Source: Candidatus Azambacteria bacterium (GTDB taxonomy: Bacteria > Patescibacteriota > Minisyncoccia > UBA10092). Taken from it: a stretch of DNA of 39,065 nucleotides. The stretch spans positions 1 through 39,065 of the forward strand of contig DMPO01000011.1 in assembly GCA_003455995.1 (NCBI GenBank). Direction: 5' to 3'. The first letter of the stretch is position 1. Each line of letters starts with the position of its first letter. Of this stretch, positions 17,011 to 24,339 are shown piece after piece. Under the pieces are notes generated by a model. It saw only the letters and a list, made by a program, of their open reading frames with translations. It was not told the origin of the DNA and did no database searches. Both the position numbers and the translations under genes were made by a program.

Positions 17011-19161
17011 TTATACCACGGCGTCCTCTAATTTCAAGGAGAACAACTTGGAGGCGCCGTCATCGCCCATAGTAACGCCATAAAGAACATTGGCAGTTTC
17101 CATTGTCGATCGATTGTGCGTAATCAGCACAAATTGAGTTTTTTCCGCCAGGTTTTTCAATACCTTGGCAAAACGCACCGCGTTATCTTCATCCAGTGCC
17201 GCATCAACTTCATCCAATACCAAAAACGGCGGTTGACTGGCGGAAACAATGGCAAACAACAATGCGATGGAAACCAGCGACCTTTCTCCCCCGGAAAGCG
17301 CGTTAAGATCGCGAATTCTTTTTTTGGGCATATTGATATTTATGGCAACCCCGGATTCTTTTTCTTCCGCCGTTTCGATTGCCAGTTTAGCGGAACCGCC
17401 ACCAAACATCGATTTGAAATAGCGATCAAATTCTTCGTTTATTTTAATAAGCCCGACTTCAAAATCGCCGCCGATTCTTTCCGCTAAATCCCCAATCAGA
17501 TTTTTCAGCGACCCGACTGCGCGCTCCAAATCGGAAAATTCCTTTGTTAAAAATTCGTGGCGCCTATTAGTTTCTTCATATTCGCGCAACGTTTCCTCGT
17601 CAATATTGCCTATTTCGGAAATTTCACGCCTTAATTTTATTATTTTATTTTCCAGATCGTTACTAAAATCTGCTATAGCAAAATTTGGTAACATTGTGTC
17701 GCAAAACTCTTCATAGTTTTTGTTAGAACCCCACATTTCCGATTTCAGATCCGCTTCTTTAAGATTTATTTTTTCTTCTTCCAATTCGACGGAGCGCGCC
17801 GCTTCCTGGATCGACATATAAGCGCGGCGCGCGACTTCCATTTCTTTTTGGAGATCCGAATATTGATTGCGCCACTCGATTTCTTCGGATCGAATTTTCT
17901 GCAAAATATTTTTAGCGTCTTCGATTTGCTTTTCGACCGCAAAAAGCTTTCGCTTCAAATCAAACGCGTCCCGTTCATGCGGATTATCGGTTTTTTCTTC
18001 TAAGTCCGCCAGGTTGACGAGCGCCAGAATTTTGGCAATATTGCCTTTTTCAAAATAATCCCTGATTGTTTTGATTTCATCCGCAAGACCTTTAAGCGAT
18101 TCTCGGATAGAGCCCGTTTCGGATAGCGCCAAAGCGGCATCAAGGCGCTTGGCCCAATATTTTATTTTGATCGCCAGCACCGCTTCCAGTGTTTTGGCAT
18201 TGCCGATATTATTGTTTCTGGCCGATTCGATTAAGCCCTCCGCGCGGCCGAGTTCCCTTGTTATTTTCTGCCGCTCGGTATTCAGCGCGTCCAAACTTTC
18301 TTCCATTTTGGCGCTTTCCGCGCCCGTTTGCGAAAATTTTGCGATTCGGTCTTCAAAAATTTTTTCGCTTGCCTCAAAATTATTTTTCGCCATTAAAATT
18401 TTTTCTCGAAATTCTTCGCGAACTGATTGATTGGCATTTTTCTCGGCTAAAATTGATTTTATTTTTATTCCGAAAAATTTATTTTCACATTCGTTCAAAT
18501 CGCCAACCAATGATTCTCTTTTTTGGAATTTTTCCGCCTGTCGCTTTAAAGATCGCAAATGAGGGCTGATTTCATTGATTAAATTGGCGGTTTGATCCAA
18601 ATTGGCGCCGGTTTCAAGCAATTTTGTTTCCGCTTCGGTTTTTTTCAATTGAAACTCCCGAAGGCCCAGCGCCTCTTCCAAAATCCCCCGCCTTTCCTTG
18701 GGGAGCGCTTTTAGAATCTCATCGGCAGAACCTTGATTGACAATGGAATGCCCGCGCAAGCCCAATTTTGACCGCGCCAAGAGCTCGACAATATCCTTCA
18801 GGCGTACTTGGCTGTTATTTAGATAATATTCATTGTCGCCGTCGCGATAAATTTTGCGACCGATGACCACCTCATCGAAATCAACGGGGAAAAAACCGTC
18901 TCCGTTGTCAAAATGCAAACTGACGCTGGCCTTGCCCTGCGACGGTTTAATCGCCGAGCCGGCCCAAATTAAATCGGCGCCCGATTTTGAGCGCAGATTC
19001 TTCAGCCCCTGTTCTCCCAAAACCCACCTGATGGCATCCACAACATTGGATTTGCCGGAACCATTCGGTCCGACAACAGCGCTAATAGTTGTCGGAAATT
19101 CCAAAGTCGTTTTATTGGCAAACGATTTGAAACCGGATATTTCTAATTTCTTGAGCCGCAT
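17011..19161 (-). CDS. smc: SMC-family chromosome segregation ATPase (short, 716 aa)
   Basis: GFKSF, Walker A GPNGSGKSN, LSGGE signature, LDEVDAALD Walker B/D-loop, ITH. Confidence 0.9.
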   Translation of the reverse strand: MRLKKLEISGFKSFANKTTLEFPTTISAVVGPNGSGKSNVVDAIRWVLGEQGLKNLRSKSGADLIWAGSAIKPSQGKASVSLHFDNGDGFFPVDFDEVVIGRKIYRDGDNEYYLNNSQVRLKDIVELLARSKLGLRGHSIVNQGSADEILKALPKERRGILEEALGLREFQLKKTEAETKLLETGANLDQTANLINEISPHLRSLKRQAEKFQKRESLVGDLNECENKFFGIKIKSILAEKNANQSVREEFREKILMAKNNFEASEKIFEDRIAKFSQTGAESAKMEESLDALNTERQKITRELGRAEGLIESARNNNIGNAKTLEAVLAIKIKYWAKRLDAALALSETGSIRESLKGLADEIKTIRDYFEKGNIAKILALVNLADLEEKTDNPHERDAFDLKRKLFAVEKQIEDAKNILQKIRSEEIEWRNQYSDLQKEMEVARRAYMSIQEAARSVELEEEKINLKEADLKSEMWGSNKNYEEFCDTMLPNFAIADFSNDLENKIIKLRREISEIGNIDEETLREYEETNRRHEFLTKEFSDLERAVGSLKNLIGDLAERIGGDFEVGLIKINEEFDRYFKSMFGGGSAKLAIETAEEKESGVAININMPKKRIRDLNALSGGERSLVSIALLFAIVSASQPPFLVLDEVDAALDEDNAVRFAKVLKNLAEKTQFVLITHNRSTMETANVLYGVTMGDDGASKLFSLKLEDAVV

Positions 19162-19181
19162 CCCGATATTTTAACACAAAA

Positions 19182-19874
19182 TTACCAGTTTTTTAATTTC
19201 AAGGCATTGTCGGCCGCCCGTTGTTGGGCTTCATTTTTGGAAGAGCCCTCCCCTTGGGCGACCAATTCCTTGCCCAGATAAACGCCCACCTTAAAATTCT
19301 TGTCGTGATCCGGTCCGCTTTCAGACAGCACTTCATAATTTGGAGTAATGCCGACCCGTTCCTGCGCCGCCTCTTGAAACAAACTTTTATGATCGCGCCA
19401 TAATTTTTTATCGATAATATCTTTCAATTCCGGAATCAGATTATGAATAATAAATTTTTCCGAAGCGCCATAACTCTGATCGAGATAAAGGGCGCCGATA
19501 AACGCCTCAAAAGTATTCGCCAGAATATATTGGCGGCCGCGGCCCAATTCCTTGGATTCGCCTTTTGACAGATACAAAAAATCGTTAAATCCCAGGCGGT
19601 CGGCGATTTGGGAAAGCATTTGGGAATTCACCAGGGCGGCGCGAAGATTGGTCATTTCGCCCTCGGCTAAAGCCGGATAATTTTTATAAAGATAATCGGT
19701 AACCGCTAATTCCAAAACCGCATCGCCCAGATATTCCAGCCGCTCGTTGTGCCCCAACTCAAACGCCGGATTTTCATTCAAATATGAACGGTGAACAAAC
19801 GCCTGTTTCAGCAGGTTTTCATCTTTAAATTTTATTTCTAAATTTTCTTTTAGTTTCTTAAAATCTTTATCCAT
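19182..19874 (-). CDS. rnc: ribonuclease III
   Basis: HRSY, NERLEYLGDAVL, FEAFIGALYLD, C-terminal dsRBD. Confidence 0.97.
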   Translation of the reverse strand: MDKDFKKLKENLEIKFKDENLLKQAFVHRSYLNENPAFELGHNERLEYLGDAVLELAVTDYLYKNYPALAEGEMTNLRAALVNSQMLSQIADRLGFNDFLYLSKGESKELGRGRQYILANTFEAFIGALYLDQSYGASEKFIIHNLIPELKDIIDKKLWRDHKSLFQEAAQERVGITPNYEVLSESGPDHDKNFKVGVYLGKELVAQGEGSSKNEAQQRAADNALKLKNW

Positions 19875-19885
19875 CTTTTTGGAAA

Positions 19886-19992
19886 CTCTAATCTCTAATA
19901 TCTAAACTCTAAATAATTTTCAAAATTCTAAATTCAAATTTTTAATTTTGGTCATTTGGATTTGTTTAGGATTTAGAAATTAGGATTTAGAG
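19886..19992. repeat. inverted arrays of degenerate heptamers
   Basis: CTCTAAT CTCTAAT ATCTAAA CTCTAAA (19886-19913) facing TTTAGGA TTTAGAA ATTAGGA TTTAGAG (19965-19992). Confidence 0.7.
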
Positions 19993-20448
19993 CTTACCCT
20001 TGCGGGGGCTTCCTTCTTCCTTGCCCGGTTCGCCTATCGCCCGATAAATCGTTCCTAAAACTCCGTTGACGAATTTTCCCGATGTCTCGCCGCCGAAACT
20101 TTTTGCCAATTCAATGGCTTCGTTGATCGCCACTTTCGGCGGCACTTCTTCGCGTTTGCCGAACAAGAGTTCGCAAATCCCGATCCGCAAAACATTCCTG
20201 TCCACCAGATTGATCTGCTCCAGCGGCCATTCGGGCGCCGTTTCAACGATAATGGCGTCAATCTTTTCCTTATTTTCCAAAACCCCGTTTATTAAATCCC
20301 TCGCGAATTGATCGTCTTCAAGCCCGGGGCCGAATTCTTCGATATTGCGCTCTAAAATTTCACTAATTTGCGAATTCTCGCGATTATTAAAATCCCATTC
20401 GTAAAGCGTTTGTATCGCGATTGACCGAGATAAATGTCTGTTTGCCAT
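19987..20448 (-). CDS. nusB: transcription antitermination factor NusB
   Basis: [31 protein letters not shown]. Confidence 0.96.
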   Translation of the reverse strand: MANRHLSRSIAIQTLYEWDFNNRENSQISEILERNIEEFGPGLEDDQFARDLINGVLENKEKIDAIIVETAPEWPLEQINLVDRNVLRIGICELLFGKREEVPPKVAINEAIELAKSFGGETSGKFVNGVLGTIYRAIGEPGKEEGSPRKGKL

Positions 20449-20508
20449 ATTTTAACAACTTTTTTAAAGTATATCTAAAATAATTAATATCACATATCCC
20501 CCCAAAAA

Positions 20509-21504
20509 TCAAAAAATGGAGGGTAGACATCTATAAATTTGTTCCTCCAATTTCCTAGCATTCCCCCACCCCAATAACCCCAAATATGAATTCAATATCT
20601 CTGGCGTGGGAGATTCTATAATCCTCCTCATCATTCTTCTTTTGGTGGAGGTTCTCAATACTCTGTGGTGTAGAAAATTAACCCAACCCAAGAAATCAAC
20701 TCCGGAATACAGGGTTTTGATTGAAACCTTGTTTGGATGCAATTGGAGTTTAAGATTTTCAAAAAGGAATTTACTTATTGGAAAAATTAAATTTTCAAGT
20801 TCTTTTTTATTGTCAGATAAAATAACAAAATCATCGGCGTATCGTATATAATATTTAACTTTTAATTTATGCTTAACAAACTGGTCAAATTCATTCATAT
20901 AGATATTAACGAATAGCTGGGAGGTTAAATTACCTAAGGGCAGACCAACTTCTGGTTTTGATTCAAAGCTTCCAACGATTTCTTTTAATAGCCAAATTAT
21001 GCCTTTATCGGGAATATATAATTCTAAAATATCCAATAATATTTTATGGTCAATGTTGGCGAAGAATTTTTGGATGTCGCATTTTAGAACATAGCAGGTT
21101 TGGGTGTTGTTACTGCTTGCTTTGTATCCAAATAAGTGGAATCTGTTTAACGCTTTACGTGTTCCTTTTCCCAACCGACAAGAATACGAATCTGATATAA
21201 AAGTTTTATCAAAAAATGGATATAATATTCTGTATATTGCGTGGTGTAAAAGCCGATCTCTCACATTGGCTTTATGTATGTTTCTGGGTTTGGGGTCGGA
21301 GATGTTGAACGCGTGATAGCCGCCGTGGCGGTATGTCTCGCTGGCAAGATCTTGATGAAGCGTGATAATATTATCCATCAGACACAACGAGAATTCTTGA
21401 ACATCTTTTTTGTTTCTTTTCCCTCTGATAAACTCTTTCCAGGCTTCCAATAAATTATCAATGCTGATAATATATTCCAAATTATGGCTCAATTGAATTT
21501 TCAT
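20509..21504 (-). CDS. DGR reverse transcriptase
   Basis: DPKPRNI, RDRLLHHA, SYSCRLGKG, LKCDIQKFF, GLPLGNLTSQ (DGR-type SQ motif), YIRYADDF, GVDFLG; 331 aa, no maturase or endonuclease domain. Confidence 0.95.
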   Translation of the reverse strand: MKIQLSHNLEYIISIDNLLEAWKEFIRGKRNKKDVQEFSLCLMDNIITLHQDLASETYRHGGYHAFNISDPKPRNIHKANVRDRLLHHAIYRILYPFFDKTFISDSYSCRLGKGTRKALNRFHLFGYKASSNNTQTCYVLKCDIQKFFANIDHKILLDILELYIPDKGIIWLLKEIVGSFESKPEVGLPLGNLTSQLFVNIYMNEFDQFVKHKLKVKYYIRYADDFVILSDNKKELENLIFPISKFLFENLKLQLHPNKVSIKTLYSGVDFLGWVNFLHHRVLRTSTKRRMMRRIIESPTPEILNSYLGLLGWGNARKLEEQIYRCLPSIF

Positions 21505-21892
21505 AATAATTCTTCTACCCCCCCCCCCCCAACAGGTTTTTATACCGCTGATTGAGAAAATAAAAGCCCTCTATCTTATTTGGTTTCAATATTACCAAAC
21601 AATACCAAAAACGCACAGACACTCTCTTGGTCAAAAAATCGATAATATTTTCACGGAGATTATAGAAACGCTCGCAATCGCCAGTTTTCTCGCGCGGGAA
21701 GAAAAATTGCCATATGTCCGTTTGGCAATAAGAAAAACGGATACGCTCAAGATTTTTTTAATGATACTTTGGGAAACAAAATCCATCGATAATAAAAAAT
21801 ATATAACATTATCGGTCAAGGTGGATGAAATTGGTAAAATGCTCGGCGGTTGGAATGGACAGCTTCAAAAACAAAACTCTCCCGTAAGATAG
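21484..21892 (+). CDS. avd: Avd-like four-helix-bundle accessory protein, frameshifted at a C13 tract
   Basis: Frame open 21497-21892: PLIEKIKALY...IPKTHRHSLGQKID...EIGKMLGGW (Avd-like motifs). The nearest upstream ATG (21484) is one base out of frame across C13. Confidence 0.8.
21518..21530. repeat. C13/G13 homopolymer tract (candidate phase-variation site)
   Basis: 13 consecutive C in an AT-rich context; within the avd 5' end and 13 nt upstream of the RT ATG on the other strand. Confidence 0.9.
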
Positions 21893-21898
21893 GGAGAG
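21867..21898 (-). terminator. hairpin plus U-rich tract immediately 3' of TR (spacer structure or terminator)
   Basis: Minus strand CTCTCCC-TATCTTAC-GGGAGAG-TTTTGTTTTT; overlaps the avd stop codon. Confidence 0.55.
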
Positions 21899-21910
21899 AA
21901 ATGAAGCAAT

Positions 21911-22048
21911 TTGCGAGGACGGACAAAAACGAAGCGGTTGTTGTCATTCCAGAAATTGTCAGAGTTACCGTTGTTGCCGTTCAACCACAGATCATCGTCA
22001 TCATGTTCAACCTTGAAAATGTTGAGGTTGCCATCCGAGTCGGAAATA
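21911..22048 (-). repeat. DGR template repeat (TR)
   Basis: 138 bp, ungapped match to 22376-22513; 15 mismatches, all A in TR (minus strand); 10 AAY codons in the target frame. Confidence 0.96.
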
Positions 22049-22274
22049 TACAGAGCGTCACCTATGCCACTGCCCATTGAATAACTCTCCAGGCTGTATT
22101 GTATTCGGCATATTGAATGCCCTAGCGCTCTATACCAAGTATTTTCATTTTTTGTGAAGTTTCTACGTACACCGCTCTATCTCAAACCGTAATCGGAGAT
22201 ATTCTCGATGTATGGATACTGGTTTCGGTAGCGGGAAACCTTGATCGCCCGCGTATTCACCTACTGCCGTTTTT

Positions 22275-22283
22275 ATTATATCA
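22275..22283 (-). promoter_or_regulatory. extended -10 promoter, likely for the TR RNA
   Basis: Minus strand TGaTATAAT, just past the target-gene terminator. Confidence 0.55.
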
Positions 22284-22288
22284 GAAAT

Positions 22289-22314
22289 AAAAAACCCGCG
22301 CATTTCTGCGCGGG
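22289..22314 (-). terminator. GC hairpin plus U tract downstream of the target gene
   Basis: Minus strand CCCGCGCA-GAAA-TGCGCGGG-TTTTTT. Confidence 0.75.
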
Positions 22315-22371
22315 GGTTAAGGGCTAAGTTTCCAAGGGTCCAAGAGACCCAAAGTTGCAAAGTTCAAAGGA

Positions 22372-22968
22372 CTACTTGCGAGGACGGACAAAAACGAAGC
22401 GGCTGCGGTCATGCCAGAAAGCGTCAGAGTCACCGTCGTTGCCGTACAACCACAGATCATCGTCACCACGTTCAACCTCGAAAATGCCGAGGTAGCCATC
22501 CGAGTCGGAAATAGGTTCCATCGCTATTCTAAGCCACTCGCCACTCGGTTGATCCTTATACTGCAGGCGCAGTTGGGGACCGACTTCGTTGGGACAAAGT
22601 TCAAGACCAAGACTGATGGCTCGTTCGTAGATATCTTTTCGCCTGGCTCCTTCTTTGAAGCCGAGCTCCGCGACAGAGACATTTGCGAGGTCAACTTCTG
22701 TTTCGGTATCGCTCGCCGTAAAGGCGGGCTCGCCGAGGATGCCGCTTCCCCAAGTGCCGATTTTGCATCCGCTCTGCTGGAGAGCCTTGCGAAAATCGTC
22801 GGCAGTTTTGAGACCGGTGCCGAGTTTGATGGTTTTCCAGATGGGAAAGGTTTTCTCGATTGCCTTAACCACCGTCTCATCAGACAAGAATCTGCGAACG
22901 CCTTTCATCCCGCCGAGTTTGTTCACAATTGCCTCAACCTGCCCTAAATTCAGTTCTCTGTATTTCAT
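22372..22968 (-). CDS. DGR target (variable) protein, C-terminal VR, probable CLec-like fold
   Basis: 198 aa, SD AAGGAG; the last about 46 codons are the VR, ending RFVFVRPRK; fold inferred from typical DGR targets. Confidence 0.92.
   Translation of the reverse strand: MKYRELNLGQVEAIVNKLGGMKGVRRFLSDETVVKAIEKTFPIWKTIKLGTGLKTADDFRKALQQSGCKIGTWGSGILGEPAFTASDTETEVDLANVSVAELGFKEGARRKDIYERAISLGLELCPNEVGPQLRLQYKDQPSGEWLRIAMEPISDSDGYLGIFEVERGDDDLWLYGNDGDSDAFWHDRSRFVFVRPRK
22376..22513 (-). repeat. DGR variable repeat (VR)
   Basis: 123/138 identical to TR; substitutions A>G x10, A>C x3, A>T x2; 3'-most 27 nt identical. Confidence 0.96.
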
Positions 22969-23078
22969 GATATTCTCCTTCTCCGACTTCTAGTCGGAAA
23001 GCTTCCCTCTGCCCGAGGTTATGGGGCCGCATAATTGCGGGATTTTAATATATTGAAAGAACTTATGTTTATAAGTAA

Positions 23079-23108
23079 AGTATAGCATATAACAATGGCG
23101 TTTGTCAA
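23079..23108 (-). promoter_or_regulatory. sigma70-type promoter of the DGR target gene
   Basis: Minus strand TTGACA, 18-bp spacer, extended -10 TGcTATACT. Confidence 0.7.
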
Positions 23109-23179
23109 GCTTTTGGGCGATATGTGCTAGAATATGGCTCAAATGAGCCACTGTTTACCCAAATATAGGCGCTCAACAC

Positions 23180-24328
23180 CTATATTTGATTGTTTTTTAT
23201 TTTTTGACGGATATTTTCGACGAAGATGTTGAAGAAATAAAGATTGTGGAAAGTCAGGAGGCGCATCGCGGTTATTTCTTTCGCTTTCCAAAGATGAGCG
23301 ATGTAATGGCGCTTGTAATTTTGACAGACGGAACATTCGCATTTTGAATCTAAGGGTTTTTTGTCTTTCAAAAAAATCGATTTACTTAAATTCAATTTAC
23401 CCCCACTGACAAACGCAATCCCCCGCCTTGCGTAATGCGTCGGGACCGTGCAATCAAACAGGTCGATTCCGCTTTTGATAATATTTTCCATATCGTCAAG
23501 TCGTCCGATGCCTAACATGTGGCGCGGTTTTTCTTCGTCAAGATGCGGAATGATCCATGACAAAATTTTAGTCATGTCTTTTTTTGTTTCTCCCAAATCC
23601 CCGCCGATGCCAAAGCCGTCAAAACCGAGCGAATTGATATATTTCGCGCTTTCACTTCTCAAATCCTGAAACTTTGAACCCTGAACGATACCAAAAAGCG
23701 CTTGGTTGCTTTTTTTGTTGTCAACACAAATCTTGGCCCAATCGTGAGTTCGTTTGATCGCTTTTTGGACATATTCATACGACGAAAACGGCGGCGTGCA
23801 TTCGTCAAACGCGAAAATAATATCGGCTCCAAGCGCTTCCTGAATTTTTATTGATTCTTTGGGGCCGATAAATAATTCTTCTCCGGTTATCGGGGACTTG
23901 AAATATGCGCCTTGCGATGTAATTCGGACTTTTTTCGGTTGGGCGGTTTTATCTATAACTAATCCTTCGCCTTTCTTGCCGGGGAAAAATCCCAAGACCT
24001 TACCGACACCCAAATCATAGCCGAACCCCAAACTGAAGATCTGAAATCCGCCGGAATCCGTCATCAACGGCCGATTCCAATTCATAAATTCATGAATTCC
24101 GCCGGAATTCTTAACAATTTTTTCCCCCGGCTTCAAATGCAAATGAAATGTGTTGGCGATAAGCATCTGGCATTTCGCCGCTTCCGCCTCCTCGCTGGTT
24201 AGCGTTTTGACGACCGCCTGCGTCGCCACCGGAACCAATGCCGGCGTTTCCACCAGTCCATGCGGCGTTTTCAATACTCCGAGCCGCGCGTTGCTCTTTT
24301 TTGATTTTTTAAGAATATTAAATTCCAT
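23180..24328 (-). CDS. tgt: tRNA-guanine transglycosylase
   Basis: TPHGLVETP, ANTFHL, TDSGGFQ, FGIVQG, DLFDC, CECSVC...HN zinc site. Confidence 0.96.
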   Translation of the reverse strand: MEFNILKKSKKSNARLGVLKTPHGLVETPALVPVATQAVVKTLTSEEAEAAKCQMLIANTFHLHLKPGEKIVKNSGGIHEFMNWNRPLMTDSGGFQIFSLGFGYDLGVGKVLGFFPGKKGEGLVIDKTAQPKKVRITSQGAYFKSPITGEELFIGPKESIKIQEALGADIIFAFDECTPPFSSYEYVQKAIKRTHDWAKICVDNKKSNQALFGIVQGSKFQDLRSESAKYINSLGFDGFGIGGDLGETKKDMTKILSWIIPHLDEEKPRHMLGIGRLDDMENIIKSGIDLFDCTVPTHYARRGIAFVSGGKLNLSKSIFLKDKKPLDSKCECSVCQNYKRHYIAHLWKAKEITAMRLLTFHNLYFFNIFVENIRQKIKNNQI

Positions 24329-24339
24329 AACAAGCGCTT

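Larger units (their letters stand above)
20509..22968 (-). mobile_element. diversity-generating retroelement cassette (target/VR - TR - antisense avd - RT)
   Basis: DGR-type RT, TR/VR pair with exclusively adenine mismatches and an Avd-like ORF, all within 2.5 kb. Confidence 0.95.

Noticed and set aside
20509-21504. RT as a group II intron, retron or Abi RT
   Set aside because: SQ motif, short length, no maturase/HNH domain or VTG retron motif, and an adjacent A-specific TR/VR pair identify it as DGR type.
21707-21892. 61-aa ORF from the track taken as the whole gene
   Set aside because: The Avd-like frame and motifs extend about 55 or more codons further upstream; TTG 21707 is an internal codon.
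21865-22077. 70-aa minus-strand ORF resembling the target C terminus
   Set aside because: It is the TR read in the target frame; TRs are often stop-free and act as RNA. No evidence that it is a separate gene.
22411-22947. 178-aa + strand ORF opposite the DGR target (and 21850-22080 opposite TR)
   Set aside because: Antisense shadow frames with no SD or recognisable motifs.
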